64,000 nt of DNA from Bacteriovoracaceae bacterium (GTDB taxonomy: Bacteria; Bdellovibrionota; Bacteriovoracia; Bacteriovoracales; Bacteriovoracaceae), in NCBI GenBank assembly GCA_048270185.1, contig JBLWTJ010000004.1:196615-260614 (forward strand), written 5' to 3'. Made by a program: the position numbers and the translations under genes. Shown piece by piece: positions 11,158-21,394 of the stretch. Within the stretch, counting starts at the first letter, position 1; each line of letters starts with the position of its first letter. The notes beneath the pieces were generated by a model. That model was not told where the DNA came from, made no database searches, and worked only from the letters and a program-made list of their open reading frames with translations.

Positions 11158-11747
11158 TATTTTCCCTTTACTCGTTTCATGTATCTCTTTGTTAGAAAAT
11201 TTCTTTTTAGAGTAGAAAGTCTTTCCAGGAAAACAATTCCATCTAAGTGATCGTTCTCGTGTTGAATACAAACTGACAATAGGCCATCGACTTCTAATGT
11301 TTGTTCATTTCCGTCTAGGTCTTGGTATGTAACTTTAATTTGCTCAGACCTTTTTACTTCTTCGTAAATTCCTGGAACTGAAAGACACCCTTCTTCATAA
11401 AGAATCTCACCACTTATTTTTTCAATCTTTGGGTTGATAAAAACTCTTGGGTGAAAATTTGATAACTCGTAATCTCTAGTGCCATCAGCACGAGTAACTT
11501 CTTCGCGGTTATAATCGATATCCATTACAAATATTCTCTCTGAGATACCAATTTGTGGTGCCGCTAGTCCAATACCAGGTGCGTAGTACATAGTGTAGAG
11601 CATATCATTGACGAGTTTTTTTAAATCCTCATCGAATTTCTCAACAGGTTTTGCTACTTGTTTTAGCACTGGTGATGGGTACGTATAAATTTCGAGCTTT
11701 TCGCCCGAAAGGCTATAATTTTCTAAAAATTCTTCTGTCTTATTCAT
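11157..11747 (-). CDS. def: Peptide deformylase
   Basis: GIGLAAPQIG, EGCLS, QHENDHLDG. Confidence 0.97.
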   Translation of the reverse strand: MNKTEEFLENYSLSGEKLEIYTYPSPVLKQVAKPVEKFDEDLKKLVNDMLYTMYYAPGIGLAAPQIGISERIFVMDIDYNREEVTRADGTRDYELSNFHPRVFINPKIEKISGEILYEEGCLSVPGIYEEVKRSEQIKVTYQDLDGNEQTLEVDGLLSVCIQHENDHLDGIVFLERLSTLKRNFLTKRYMKRVKGK

Positions 11748-11825
11748 GGCTTCCTTATAGCATGTGTGCGACGCACAAGTCTAGTCCTAGAACAGATAAT
11801 GGAATATGTCCGTCTTTAGAAATGA

Positions 11826-12932
11826 CTATGTAAGTCTTCGATTCTTAAAGAAAATAATACCAATGACAAAGGTAAATAGAAATGGGACGGAAAATGTCGC
11901 CAGAAACGGTGTGATCTTCAAGTTTCGACCTAACTCAATAAAGTAAGATTGGATTAGCCAGTACAAGATGGTGAAAACAAAAATAAATGCAACACTGCGT
12001 CCAAAAGAGCTATTTCTACGATTAGGATTAAAGATACTTGTGGCAGCAATTAGGGCAAAAATAATACAAATAATCCCTTCAGAAATATGCATATAAAACA
12101 TTACAAGATATTCGTTAACATTAATTCCATTCGAGCTAAGTTGAGAAATATAATCATAGAGCCTCAGGAACGTGAGGGTAGAAATATCAGCTTCAATTTT
12201 ATTGAATTCTTCGATACTTTCGTTGAGCTCAAGAGGAAGGTCATTTGTACTTATAATCGGAAATGATGGATCTTCAAGTTTATCAAATGTAACGCCATTT
12301 GATGGCCACCATCTCTTAGAGGTAGAGTCATAACTTAACATTTTGAAGCTATCAATTTTTGTAAGCTCTCTGTTTTCGTTATAATAGTACATTGTAACTT
12401 CATTTAGTGTATTTGTTTTCCGATCGAAGTTTGAGAAGGCAAAGTAATACTTAGGAGATTTATACCAAATTTTTCCCGACTTAATAGTCGAAGATGAGAG
12501 TCCTTTCTTCTTAAAAACTCTGAACTTTTGATCTGGGTTATCTAAAATATTAAAGCGTCGTGAATTAATATAAGGGTTTATATATGCACTTAAAATAAAT
12601 TGAAAGAGTGCTATATAGAGTGCCGTCAGTAGAATATCTCGCAAGTAATTCTGTCTTGAATAGCCACCTGCAAAAATAGCAACAAGCTCATTTCTACTTT
12701 TTAATTTATTAATTGAAAATAGACTGCCTATAAGACATGAAATAGGGATGACCTTAATAAGGAAGCTTGGTAGTTGAATGAAATAACTTAAAAGAACTTC
12801 TTTAGCAGTAACGTTCTCTCTTAAGAAACCAGTAATTAAATTACCAAGAGAAAGTAGCAACAGAAGGACAATTGCTGATGAAGCAAAAAACTTTAGCCAT
12901 TCTCTTGTTATTAATCTTCTTATGATATTCAT
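11826..12932 (-). CDS. LPS export permease, LptF/LptG family
   Basis: 3+3 TM layout around a periplasmic beta-rich domain; LKSRNELVAIFAGG motif. Confidence 0.85.
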   Translation of the reverse strand: MNIIRRLITREWLKFFASSAIVLLLLLSLGNLITGFLRENVTAKEVLLSYFIQLPSFLIKVIPISCLIGSLFSINKLKSRNELVAIFAGGYSRQNYLRDILLTALYIALFQFILSAYINPYINSRRFNILDNPDQKFRVFKKKGLSSSTIKSGKIWYKSPKYYFAFSNFDRKTNTLNEVTMYYYNENRELTKIDSFKMLSYDSTSKRWWPSNGVTFDKLEDPSFPIISTNDLPLELNESIEEFNKIEADISTLTFLRLYDYISQLSSNGINVNEYLVMFYMHISEGIICIIFALIAATSIFNPNRRNSSFGRSVAFIFVFTILYWLIQSYFIELGRNLKITPFLATFSVPFLFTFVIGIIFFKNRRLT

Positions 12933-13627
12933 TTTACAACTTTATATATTAGGTAAATTAATGGTTTTAAAAAAAGTCTATTTAAAACTAAATCTAAGAA
13001 CAAATTATTTTTAAATGCTTTTACCAAATATGGCGAGTATTCATAATAATTATTAATAAAAATCATACCTAGTGATGACTTTGCTAAACGTAGCTTAAAC
13101 ACTCTTAAAGAACGTAGTAAATCGTCATTTGTTGGGTAAGCATGAGTTGCTAGGTAACAGTTTTTTGAACGTACATTAATACGATCGTATATCTGTTGAA
13201 ATACTTTCTTATTATGGGCCTTACCTGAGCGAAGAAATTTGCGGATTAGCTGAGCGTTTGCATGCTGATACTTATAGCCAATTGAAAAGACAGCAAATTG
13301 CTGTAGGCAGCGCAGAGACTCCCCCCTAAGTTTTGGGCTTTTATCATAGGCTTTTGCCAGATTCCAGTATGCCTGGCTAATCAGCAGAAGTTCAGAGATA
13401 TCTCGTTCAGGATCAAACATCTTAGGAGTTAAGTGTTTCTCTGTAGTTCGATTATAAGCCGCGATAATAGCGAGATAGTGTTTGAATTTTTCAACACTTC
13501 CCGGAATATTATTCTTAGCAACAGCATCGAGTGCTTGCTTTAAAGTTTTGAATCGCTCCTGATAGGCATTCTTGACGCCTTCATTAAGCTCTTCATTTTC
13601 ATCTGTTTTAGCTTGTTTCTTTGCCAT
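12929..13627 (-). CDS. Helical protein with C-terminal CFI-box-CTERM-like domain
   Basis: CYLATHAY...LRVF...LG..FI..YY.YSP followed by a hydrophobic tail. Confidence 0.7.
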   Translation of the reverse strand: MAKKQAKTDENEELNEGVKNAYQERFKTLKQALDAVAKNNIPGSVEKFKHYLAIIAAYNRTTEKHLTPKMFDPERDISELLLISQAYWNLAKAYDKSPKLRGESLRCLQQFAVFSIGYKYQHANAQLIRKFLRSGKAHNKKVFQQIYDRINVRSKNCYLATHAYPTNDDLLRSLRVFKLRLAKSSLGMIFINNYYEYSPYLVKAFKNNLFLDLVLNRLFLKPLIYLIYKVVK

Positions 13628-13635
13628 TATTTCTT

Positions 13636-14514
13636 TTAGAATCGATATGAAACTGAAAACGAAGTTTCTTTCACATCCTGTGCCTCTTGTCTCAATTCAA
13701 TATCATCTTCTAAAGTTACATTTCGAATTGCAAAATTAAGGGCCAGTTTAGGTTGAATCCAGCTAAGTCCAAAACCTGATCCAGATTCTTTTGCAATCTT
13801 ATCATCAAACATACCTGCTCTTAGGTAAACATTTGTTAAGACTTTGAATTGAATTGCGCCGCGTACGAGTGAACGATCAGAAAACTGTCCGTTGTAATCT
13901 GCTCCAGCATCCAACATAAGTGCTACATAATCTTGATACTGATACTGAAGACCTAGAATAGCTTTGTTATTATTTGGTGATTTTTGTAAAACATCAACTG
14001 CCACTAGTCCTAGTGAAAAGCTTGGCGTGATGGCATGAAATACACCAACGTTAAATTGCTGGTAATCAGTTTTTGTCTTAAGTCCAAGGTATAAGTCTTC
14101 TCTTTCCATTTTTTGATACGTAAAACCTAGAGAAGAGCGCCTTCCAATTGTTGATGCAAATGAAGTGGATAATTGTTTATAATTTTCTTCACCGGCCTTC
14201 GCTTTTACATAAGAGATTGAACCCTTTAGGGCCTTTGAGCTATCAGAAGCGATAACAGCATAATTCGTTGAACCTTGTAGAGAATTAGCATTGTCATCTG
14301 TATTATCTGTTGATGATTTTTCGATATAGACTGAGCCCATGTTGAAAAATGCAATGGGTGCTGGATTTAATACAGTGGCCTCATCCATCAATAGGGAGGC
14401 AACGCCTGTCCCACCTGTCGACTTTAAACGTGTCGTTTGATAATCGAGCAGCTTTGCATTCGCACTTGTTGATATTAAAGTTGCTAGTGTTAAAAACGTA
14501 AGTATTTTTGTCAT
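13636..14514 (-). CDS. Outer-membrane beta-barrel protein (PorV/FadL-like N-terminus)
   Basis: Signal peptide, R...TGGTGVA...NPA motif, terminal VSYRF. Confidence 0.7.
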   Translation of the reverse strand: MTKILTFLTLATLISTSANAKLLDYQTTRLKSTGGTGVASLLMDEATVLNPAPIAFFNMGSVYIEKSSTDNTDDNANSLQGSTNYAVIASDSSKALKGSISYVKAKAGEENYKQLSTSFASTIGRRSSLGFTYQKMEREDLYLGLKTKTDYQQFNVGVFHAITPSFSLGLVAVDVLQKSPNNNKAILGLQYQYQDYVALMLDAGADYNGQFSDRSLVRGAIQFKVLTNVYLRAGMFDDKIAKESGSGFGLSWIQPKLALNFAIRNVTLEDDIELRQEAQDVKETSFSVSYRF

Positions 14515-14653
14515 GTATTGTCCTTATATATAATCTATTATAAGGGTAATTTTAAAATTCGTCACTTATTAGTGGCCGAGTAAAAAGGTCTGAGTAAATA
14601 GACTTACGGGCCGTTAGAATTTTTGTTATGATAGATCCACCAATAGGAGTCAC

Positions 14654-15676
14654 ATGAAAAAGATTTTATTACTATCACTAATTTTTACTTCAAATATATT
14701 TGCAGCAATTCCTTCTCTTGAAGGTCTTATGAGAAACTCTTCTAATAAAGAGTTAGATAAGGAACTTGTTGTTGCTCACGTAGTAGTTAGAAGAGTAGCT
14801 GCTGATGAAGAGTTTTCAAATAATGAAAATATGATAACGAATTACTTTAAGTATATGTTTGTAACCGCTGAGAACGAAAGGGATTACCAAAAAGCCCTTG
14901 TTATTGATTATGGTTCGCCAAAGTATGATGTAAACTCAGTCGAAAAAGTTGTTGCCTTTGATAATATTGGTAATCTTCTAGATAAGGAACCAACTAAAGA
15001 TTTACTTCAAAGTGTAATTTTAAGCTATGCATTTAATAGTTCATTTGGTTTTAATAAAATTTTCAAAAAAATTGAACCAAGTTATAAGTCAAATGCTGAT
15101 TTAATTAATAAAGAGAAAGCAGGACTTATTGATGATTACAAGAAGTTTTTAGTTAAGAAGAAAGACTATGAAAGTCGTTCAAAAGAAGAGGAAGTTACAA
15201 GCGATGCACCAACTTCACCTCTTGAGTCTGAGAATGATGAGAAGCAAGCACAATTAAAAAGTATCATGAATTCATCTCTATACAGAGGAAGTAATAACTT
15301 AAAGCTTGTAAAAAGAAATCGTGAGTTTATTTGGGCCATTGAGTTAAATAATATTAAAGGTGAGTTTAAAAATGAAAGTCATCAATTAATTTACTTAGAA
15401 CTCAATTTAAATACTGGAGTACATACGATTGTTCCTAGAAGTTTTGTTACTTATAATGGACAATACACTCTTCCAAAATATGTAGAGGTCACAACTTCGG
15501 ATTATAAATATCAAATCGAAATTCCAACTTATTATCTTTTAAATTCATCTGATAAATCAATTGCGGATCGAAATCGTGAGTACCTCCGTTATCTTGAACG
15601 AAATCAACAAAGAGAGGCAGCTCAAGTTACACCTGCAGATAATGAGAAGAAGGAAAATATTAACCTTTTATTTTAG
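14654..15676 (+). CDS. Hypothetical exported protein
   Basis: AGGAG RBS, Sec signal peptide MKKILLLSLIFTSNIFA. Confidence 0.75.
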   Translation: MKKILLLSLIFTSNIFAAIPSLEGLMRNSSNKELDKELVVAHVVVRRVAADEEFSNNENMITNYFKYMFVTAENERDYQKALVIDYGSPKYDVNSVEKVVAFDNIGNLLDKEPTKDLLQSVILSYAFNSSFGFNKIFKKIEPSYKSNADLINKEKAGLIDDYKKFLVKKKDYESRSKEEEVTSDAPTSPLESENDEKQAQLKSIMNSSLYRGSNNLKLVKRNREFIWAIELNNIKGEFKNESHQLIYLELNLNTGVHTIVPRSFVTYNGQYTLPKYVEVTTSDYKYQIEIPTYYLLNSSDKSIADRNREYLRYLERNQQREAAQVTPADNEKKENINLLF

Positions 15677-15714
15677 TTAAGTATCCGAAATTATGGGTAT
15701 GTTAGTAATACCCT

Positions 15715-15741
15715 TCAAGAAATTAATAAATTATCCGATAT
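15715..15741 (+). promoter_or_regulatory. Putative sigma-28 (FliA) promoter
   Basis: TCAA-N15-TCCGATAT, 31 nt upstream of ATG 15773. Confidence 0.6.
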
Positions 15742-15772
15742 GAGTATAGTGATACTTTAAGTAGGGTAATTT

Positions 15773-17800
15773 ATGAAAAGATCGAATCAATTAAAGTTTT
15801 TTATTTGTGCATTATTAATGTCTCCTATTGTCGCCCAAGAGGTTGAATTTGATTGGCTGGCATCAGGTGATGGGAATAACTACAATAATTCATCTGAACC
15901 AAATGAAGTTAGTAATACTGTAAATACAGAAGGAAAAACTATTAGTTGTGAACGCGGTTCTGCTATTCCTTTTGGCTTTCTAAAATCAGTATCAAGAGGT
16001 ATGCCAGAGTTTAAAACTTCAAATGGTCAACTTCATATAAATATGCCCTTCATGGTAACAGCTTGTCTGGCCGGTCCAGTTACTGCTGAGGCAATTACTA
16101 ATGAGAGTGATAATAACGTCTACGTTAGATTTAATGCAAAAGTAGATACGAGTTTATATGACGCCGGTAATGGTAGTTTTGAAGAAGAGTACGCTAAATG
16201 TACAGCTACTCTATATGAAAAATATCCGGACCTGAAAAAGAAAGGACAAAGCGAATTTGTTAAGCATGGGTTCTACGGAAAGCCTAAACCAATCGTCATC
16301 GATCTCAAGGGGATTGACTCAAGCCGTGATTCACAGGTTGTTGTCGCTTCACCAGATTCTGCAAATTTTTATAAAACTCTTCCTTTTGGTCAGGCCAACG
16401 TAAACCAAGATTCAATTTTTAAAAACTCAAAATATAATTGTATGCATTATGCAAAACCAGCTGATTCATTAGTTATGGCAAATAAGACAAGATCATTCTA
16501 CTTAAAAGAAGAAGCTCTTGCTGCTTGTAATGGTAAAAATCTTGCGGATATTGCTGATAGCTTAAGAAAATTGAGAAGTGACTCAAGTGGAAACTATGAC
16601 CAATTAACAAGTATACTGTCTAGCATTCAATCTTCACTTATTAGTGAAAAAATTGATGAGACGATTAAAAAAATGGAAGTTATTGAAGCTGAAATGTATC
16701 CATCAGAAGAAGACATTGCTAACGGCGATAAATACGGTGTAAGTAAGTCGAAGAGAAAACAGCTAATAAAAGATTATGCAAATTTAATGAAGGAATTTAC
16801 AAGTGTTGGTTCTGATACGCAGCCTGATGAAAAGGGTTATCTTCAAATTTTAAAAGATGAACTAAAACATTTAATGGATGAAGCTGAAAACTTAGGTGAT
16901 ACTAAATCTGACGAAACTCGCCGAACTGCCATTAATGAGTCGATTGAAGAGATTAATGAACTGATTAGTAAATTTAATCGTCAAAAAGAAAATGGTGCCG
17001 AGTACAGACGTCTTGTTGAAGCTATGAGAGAAAGTAATTCTCAAATTTCAGGAAAGAAAGTATTAGAAGGTATCATTCTTGCTCAAGAATTTTCTAATGT
17101 GAAATTAGAAGGTGATGGCAAGAGAACTTTAGAAAAAGCTGAATCTAATAGCAGTAAAGAAATTAAGCGTCTTGATCGTAACACTCTTGCAATTTGGGGT
17201 GATGAAGCAAAAATTAGAGCAGGTGATAAATCACCAATTGCTCAAAGAAAGAAAATTGTACAAGGTATTCAACAAAGAGCTGCCAAAGATCGTCAGAAGT
17301 TTGCGCAAAAGCAAAGCGCCTATGATGAGTATATCCAACAATATGCTAGTGACCTTGTAAGTAGCTATTGTACTTCAGGTGGTAATTACCAAGACTGTAT
17401 GACTGTTAGAAATACTTATGTTCCTCACATTTATAATCAATATATGGGATGGAAGCAGAATAATGTACTTGAATATAACGATTATTATAGTAATAAATTT
17501 GGTACAGCAACGACTCAGCAAAATAATATCTTAACTCGTTATAACTCTCTTTATAGTGAGTATCAGCTTAACCAGCTTCAGAACAAGTTCAATAATCAAT
17601 CATCTTCTTATGATGGTGGGTTTGATCTATGGACCGGTGCAGATACTTCTGGTTACTCTAGTGGAATTCCTGGATTAAATTTTAATCTATCTGGGCCAAG
17701 TAATCAGAACTCGTGGAGTAATAATAACAATTTTTCGATAATGAATAATCAACAAAGAACACCTAGCTCAGGTGGTAGCTGGGCGAATCCATTTCAATAA
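15773..17800 (+). CDS. Hypothetical secreted protein with coiled-coil region and N/Q/S/G-rich tail
   Basis: Signal peptide, several Cys, charged helical middle, low-complexity C-terminus. Confidence 0.75.
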   Translation: MKRSNQLKFFICALLMSPIVAQEVEFDWLASGDGNNYNNSSEPNEVSNTVNTEGKTISCERGSAIPFGFLKSVSRGMPEFKTSNGQLHINMPFMVTACLAGPVTAEAITNESDNNVYVRFNAKVDTSLYDAGNGSFEEEYAKCTATLYEKYPDLKKKGQSEFVKHGFYGKPKPIVIDLKGIDSSRDSQVVVASPDSANFYKTLPFGQANVNQDSIFKNSKYNCMHYAKPADSLVMANKTRSFYLKEEALAACNGKNLADIADSLRKLRSDSSGNYDQLTSILSSIQSSLISEKIDETIKKMEVIEAEMYPSEEDIANGDKYGVSKSKRKQLIKDYANLMKEFTSVGSDTQPDEKGYLQILKDELKHLMDEAENLGDTKSDETRRTAINESIEEINELISKFNRQKENGAEYRRLVEAMRESNSQISGKKVLEGIILAQEFSNVKLEGDGKRTLEKAESNSSKEIKRLDRNTLAIWGDEAKIRAGDKSPIAQRKKIVQGIQQRAAKDRQKFAQKQSAYDEYIQQYASDLVSSYCTSGGNYQDCMTVRNTYVPHIYNQYMGWKQNNVLEYNDYYSNKFGTATTQQNNILTRYNSLYSEYQLNQLQNKFNNQSSSYDGGFDLWTGADTSGYSSGIPGLNFNLSGPSNQNSWSNNNNFSIMNNQQRTPSSGGSWANPFQ

Positions 17801-17829
17801 AAAAAGGCTTCCTTTTGGAAGCCTTTTTT
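17799..17829. terminator. Bidirectional intrinsic terminator
   Basis: A-tract GGCTTCC TTTT GGAAGCC T-tract between convergent genes. Confidence 0.9.
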
Positions 17830-17833
17830 ACTT

Positions 17834-19288
17834 TTAGAATTTAATATTTGCGCCTAGATAAATTAGATATGAATCATTTGTCTCATTTGGTGTGCCAGTA
17901 TTTGAAAAGGCATAGTAGTCACCAACTAGATAATAACCTAAGTTTGCATTAAGAGTTACAGATGTGTTCCACTTGTAGCTGAAGTTCGAGTCGATCTCAA
18001 TACCTAGATCATCTGCTTGATCTGCAAGAGCATTAAATCTTTTATTCTTTTCGTGATTTATTGCTTTTTGTCCTGTTTTTGCAACTTGATCGGCCTTTGC
18101 CCAAATTACTCTATTAGTCCATGACCAAGTACCTGAATCATACATATGGCCAAGACTTGCATAAGTAGTATTTGCTATAGATGAGTTATAAATATTCTCA
18201 TCATCATTTGCTACAGCTGCGATATTATAACGGAACATAATATTTGCAACTTGGAAGTTAGGGTTTAGATACATGGCACCGTATGTTTGATCACTGGCAT
18301 CTGATCCGCTAACCATACCTAGATTTAAATGAAATGAGTGATTTGTATTAAATTTGTATGTGTTATTTAATAGATAAGCACTAGCATCATACTCAGTATC
18401 CGTAACACCACTGTATATTTGTCCAGCATCACCAGAAAGCATAGGTACTTCAACTTCGATCGTGTACTTACCAAAAGTTTTCTTCAGGTATAGATCGATC
18501 ATTGTTACACTTGTTTTACCTGTATTATAGTTTGTACCAGTGTTATCAACATCACCTAGGATTCCTGAATCTTCACCAGCAGAGTTCTTGTTGTATAGTG
18601 CTCCAAAAGTAAATTCTTGATCGAGGTTTTCATAAAGTAGGGAAATACCAAGCTCTCTAATACGGCCGGTCTTTGTTAAGTTATTTGAGCCAATTTTTGA
18701 ATAGTATGGTGAAAATTTAAAATTACCGATTTTAAAATCAATCGTAATACCTTCTCTCATTGAAGCAAAACGATCACCAGCTTCATTACCATCATTGTAG
18801 ATTGCTCCCATACCCCAATTAAACTTCTGACGTCCAACTGTATAAGTCGCAGTGTCAGAGTAGAATACAGCATTAGCTTGTGTAAGGTTTACATTACTTT
18901 CTGTGATTGTATTGAAAGAGTAACGAGCGTTGGCGAATGTTCCTATTGTCGCATCACCAGCTGTACGTGTCGTGTTTGAATCTTTTCCGAAAGCTCCACC
19001 ATAACCATAGCCTGTAGTTAATTCAGCATTAATTGTTGTTGAATCATTAACGATAATCTTAGGTTGAAGCTTAAAGATATAAGTTTGAAAACTTGCTGAG
19101 TCTTTATCAGCATTACCTGGATCGTATGCTTGTGATCCAATATCGTTAGTGGCAAGAGGTGTTGCACGGTTGTAATTTTCAAGTGTATTCATATCAGCTT
19201 GCAGCTCACCATGCCAATCGATTGGAAGGGCCATGATTGGTGTCGCTAAAGTTGCTAAAATAGCTGCTTTATTTAAATTTCTTAACAT
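17834..19288 (-). CDS. Outer-membrane porin-like beta-barrel
   Basis: Signal peptide, VGRQKFNWG, DLGIEID, terminal GANIKF; AAGGA RBS. Confidence 0.75.
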   Translation of the reverse strand: MLRNLNKAAILATLATPIMALPIDWHGELQADMNTLENYNRATPLATNDIGSQAYDPGNADKDSASFQTYIFKLQPKIIVNDSTTINAELTTGYGYGGAFGKDSNTTRTAGDATIGTFANARYSFNTITESNVNLTQANAVFYSDTATYTVGRQKFNWGMGAIYNDGNEAGDRFASMREGITIDFKIGNFKFSPYYSKIGSNNLTKTGRIRELGISLLYENLDQEFTFGALYNKNSAGEDSGILGDVDNTGTNYNTGKTSVTMIDLYLKKTFGKYTIEVEVPMLSGDAGQIYSGVTDTEYDASAYLLNNTYKFNTNHSFHLNLGMVSGSDASDQTYGAMYLNPNFQVANIMFRYNIAAVANDDENIYNSSIANTTYASLGHMYDSGTWSWTNRVIWAKADQVAKTGQKAINHEKNKRFNALADQADDLGIEIDSNFSYKWNTSVTLNANLGYYLVGDYYAFSNTGTPNETNDSYLIYLGANIKF

Positions 19289-19366
19289 AAGTTGTTATTC
19301 CTTTTTTAATTGGATTAATTGTAATGAAATAATATAAGATGACTTAGTATAACGTCAAAAAAATAG

Positions 19367-21220
19367 GTGTATTACTCAGTGCTTTCCAAAAGAGTTAAGA
19401 TTTTATTATTCTTGGCCCTGACAGTTTTTGTCTTGTGCATCATCTTCGTCATAAAAACAATAAATGACGCAGACTTAACTCGTATTATCAATGATCAACC
19501 TATTTCAGATCATTCTAAGACCATCACTTTTGAAGAAGGAAGCTTTGTTAGAAAAGAGGACTTCTTATTTTTTAAAGCAAATTCTCGAGATGAAAGATTT
19601 ACTTCAGTCTTCGCAGATAAATTTGATAATTTTAATAAAGCTACATTAAGCTTAAAAGATAGTTTCGAGTTAAAGTCACTGAAGGCAAATGATTGTCAGC
19701 GACTAAGATGTCTGCAATATAAAATCAAATTCTATAATATTCCTATAATTCTATCTAAAGGTTTAATTGGAATAGAAGATTTTAGATTTCTTGATCATAT
19801 TGGAATTGATTATATTTCGATCTTAAGAGCAATTGTTGCAGATATTAAAGCAGGAGCCTTAGTTCAGGGGGGATCGACTTTAACTCAGCAGCTCGTAAAA
19901 AATATCTACTTCACGAATGAAAAATCATTTAGCAGGAAACTTAAAGAAGCAATTCTTGCTGTCTATATTGACTTCAAATTTGAAAAATCAGCAATTCTTG
20001 AAGCTTACTTCAATGAAGTTTTTTGGGGAAGCCTCGGTGGTGTTAGGATAAAAGGTGTAAATACAGCAGCAGTTCTATACTTTAATAAGCCGATCTCAGA
20101 ACTTGATCCTTTTGAATCGGCCATACTTGTTTCAATGCTTAAAGGGCCTGGCTACTACCATCCGATTTATAAGACAGAAAGATTAAAAGAGCGTGCCAAC
20201 TTTATTTTTAATAAGCTTCAAAATGTTAATTTCTTCGATAAGAATGAATCATATCAATGGACTAATGAGAAATGGGAACAGTGGCGACAACAACTAATAA
20301 AGTTTCAAGATCAGTACTATTATGAAGCGATTTATTTAACCTCAACTAGAATTAATAAAGAACCTCATTTGAATGAATACAGATTCTTTAAGACCGCACT
20401 AGCTTCGAAAAATCTTCTAAAAGACTTAAAATCAATAGAAGAAAATCTGGCTGTTAAGATCGCTTATGGCGGACCAAAAAGTGAGACGTTTTATTACTCA
20501 AAATTTGAAAGAGATATTGATAAGGCATTATTAAAAGAAAAACATGGAGTTGGATCAACTCTTAAGCCAATTCTTTATCAGCTTTATTTAGAAGAAGGCT
20601 ATAAAATAGATGATCTTGTTTCTACTAGTCCAATAACTCTAGATCTGGTTAGTGGAAAGTGGACTCCCTCTGAGTCGCATACGCCATATAGTGATGAGTA
20701 TACTCTTGGACAAGCTTTAAAAGAATCACTAAATAATCCAGTTATTCGACTGGCAAATGATATTGGTTTTGAAAAAGTTGAAGCTATCTTAAAATCAAAA
20801 ATACCAGAATTGAAAACCCCACTGGCGCAATACCCTGCACAATTACTAGGGGCAATAGAGCTTTCAGTTGATGAGTTATTCAAGCTATATCGACAATTCT
20901 TACTTGCTCAGTGTGAGAAAGGAGCAGATGTTTATGAAGTTTTGGCCGATCCGAATCAGACGACAATCAGAAGAATGTTGGCTCCGGCCTTAAAGTCGCA
21001 GCAGTTTTTTGGAAAAACTGGAACATCAAATAATGGATTCGATAACTTGTTTATTGGTTATGATGGCCATGATCTCTTTACTATTTGGGTTGGCTATGAG
21101 GGAAATCGTAACAATAAGAAAGGTTTAAGGCTATACGGAAGTACGACAGCTTTTAAGCTTTACCAAGAAATCATTCTTTATTCAGGACAACGCATAGCCT
21201 CTTTGGCCTGTCAGGAATAG
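19367..21220 (+). CDS. Class A penicillin-binding protein (transglycosylase-transpeptidase, PBP1B-like)
   Basis: GT51 motifs EDFRF..H.GID, QGGSTLTQQLVKN, RKLKE; TP motifs STLK, SLN, KTGT. Confidence 0.9.
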   Translation: MYYSVLSKRVKILLFLALTVFVLCIIFVIKTINDADLTRIINDQPISDHSKTITFEEGSFVRKEDFLFFKANSRDERFTSVFADKFDNFNKATLSLKDSFELKSLKANDCQRLRCLQYKIKFYNIPIILSKGLIGIEDFRFLDHIGIDYISILRAIVADIKAGALVQGGSTLTQQLVKNIYFTNEKSFSRKLKEAILAVYIDFKFEKSAILEAYFNEVFWGSLGGVRIKGVNTAAVLYFNKPISELDPFESAILVSMLKGPGYYHPIYKTERLKERANFIFNKLQNVNFFDKNESYQWTNEKWEQWRQQLIKFQDQYYYEAIYLTSTRINKEPHLNEYRFFKTALASKNLLKDLKSIEENLAVKIAYGGPKSETFYYSKFERDIDKALLKEKHGVGSTLKPILYQLYLEEGYKIDDLVSTSPITLDLVSGKWTPSESHTPYSDEYTLGQALKESLNNPVIRLANDIGFEKVEAILKSKIPELKTPLAQYPAQLLGAIELSVDELFKLYRQFLLAQCEKGADVYEVLADPNQTTIRRMLAPALKSQQFFGKTGTSNNGFDNLFIGYDGHDLFTIWVGYEGNRNNKKGLRLYGSTTAFKLYQEIILYSGQRIASLACQE

Positions 21221-21288
21221 AATTCCGCTAGAAAAAACTTGTCAAAAATGTCATTCTATTTTATATATTACATACAAATCTATATTGC

Positions 21289-21364
21289 TGGGGTATCGAC
21301 AAGTGGCTAAGTCAGCAGATTTTGATTCTGCCATTCGAAGGTTCGAGTCCTTCTACCCCAGCCA
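21289..21364 (+). tRNA. tRNA-Gln (anticodon TTG)
   Basis: Acceptor TGGGGTA/TACCCCA, anticodon arm GCAGA-TTTTGAT-TCTGC, GGTTCGAGTCC T-arm, encoded CCA. Confidence 0.97.
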
Positions 21365-21394
21365 TTCTCACGGATAAGAGAAAGGACTAAGAAC

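Noticed and set aside
11158..11271. N-terminal extensions in the ORF track (fmt here; also amgK 36644-36847, AI-2E 60717-60773, bamD 61819-61866)
   Set aside because: They overlap upstream genes or promoters; downstream starts fit family N-termini better.
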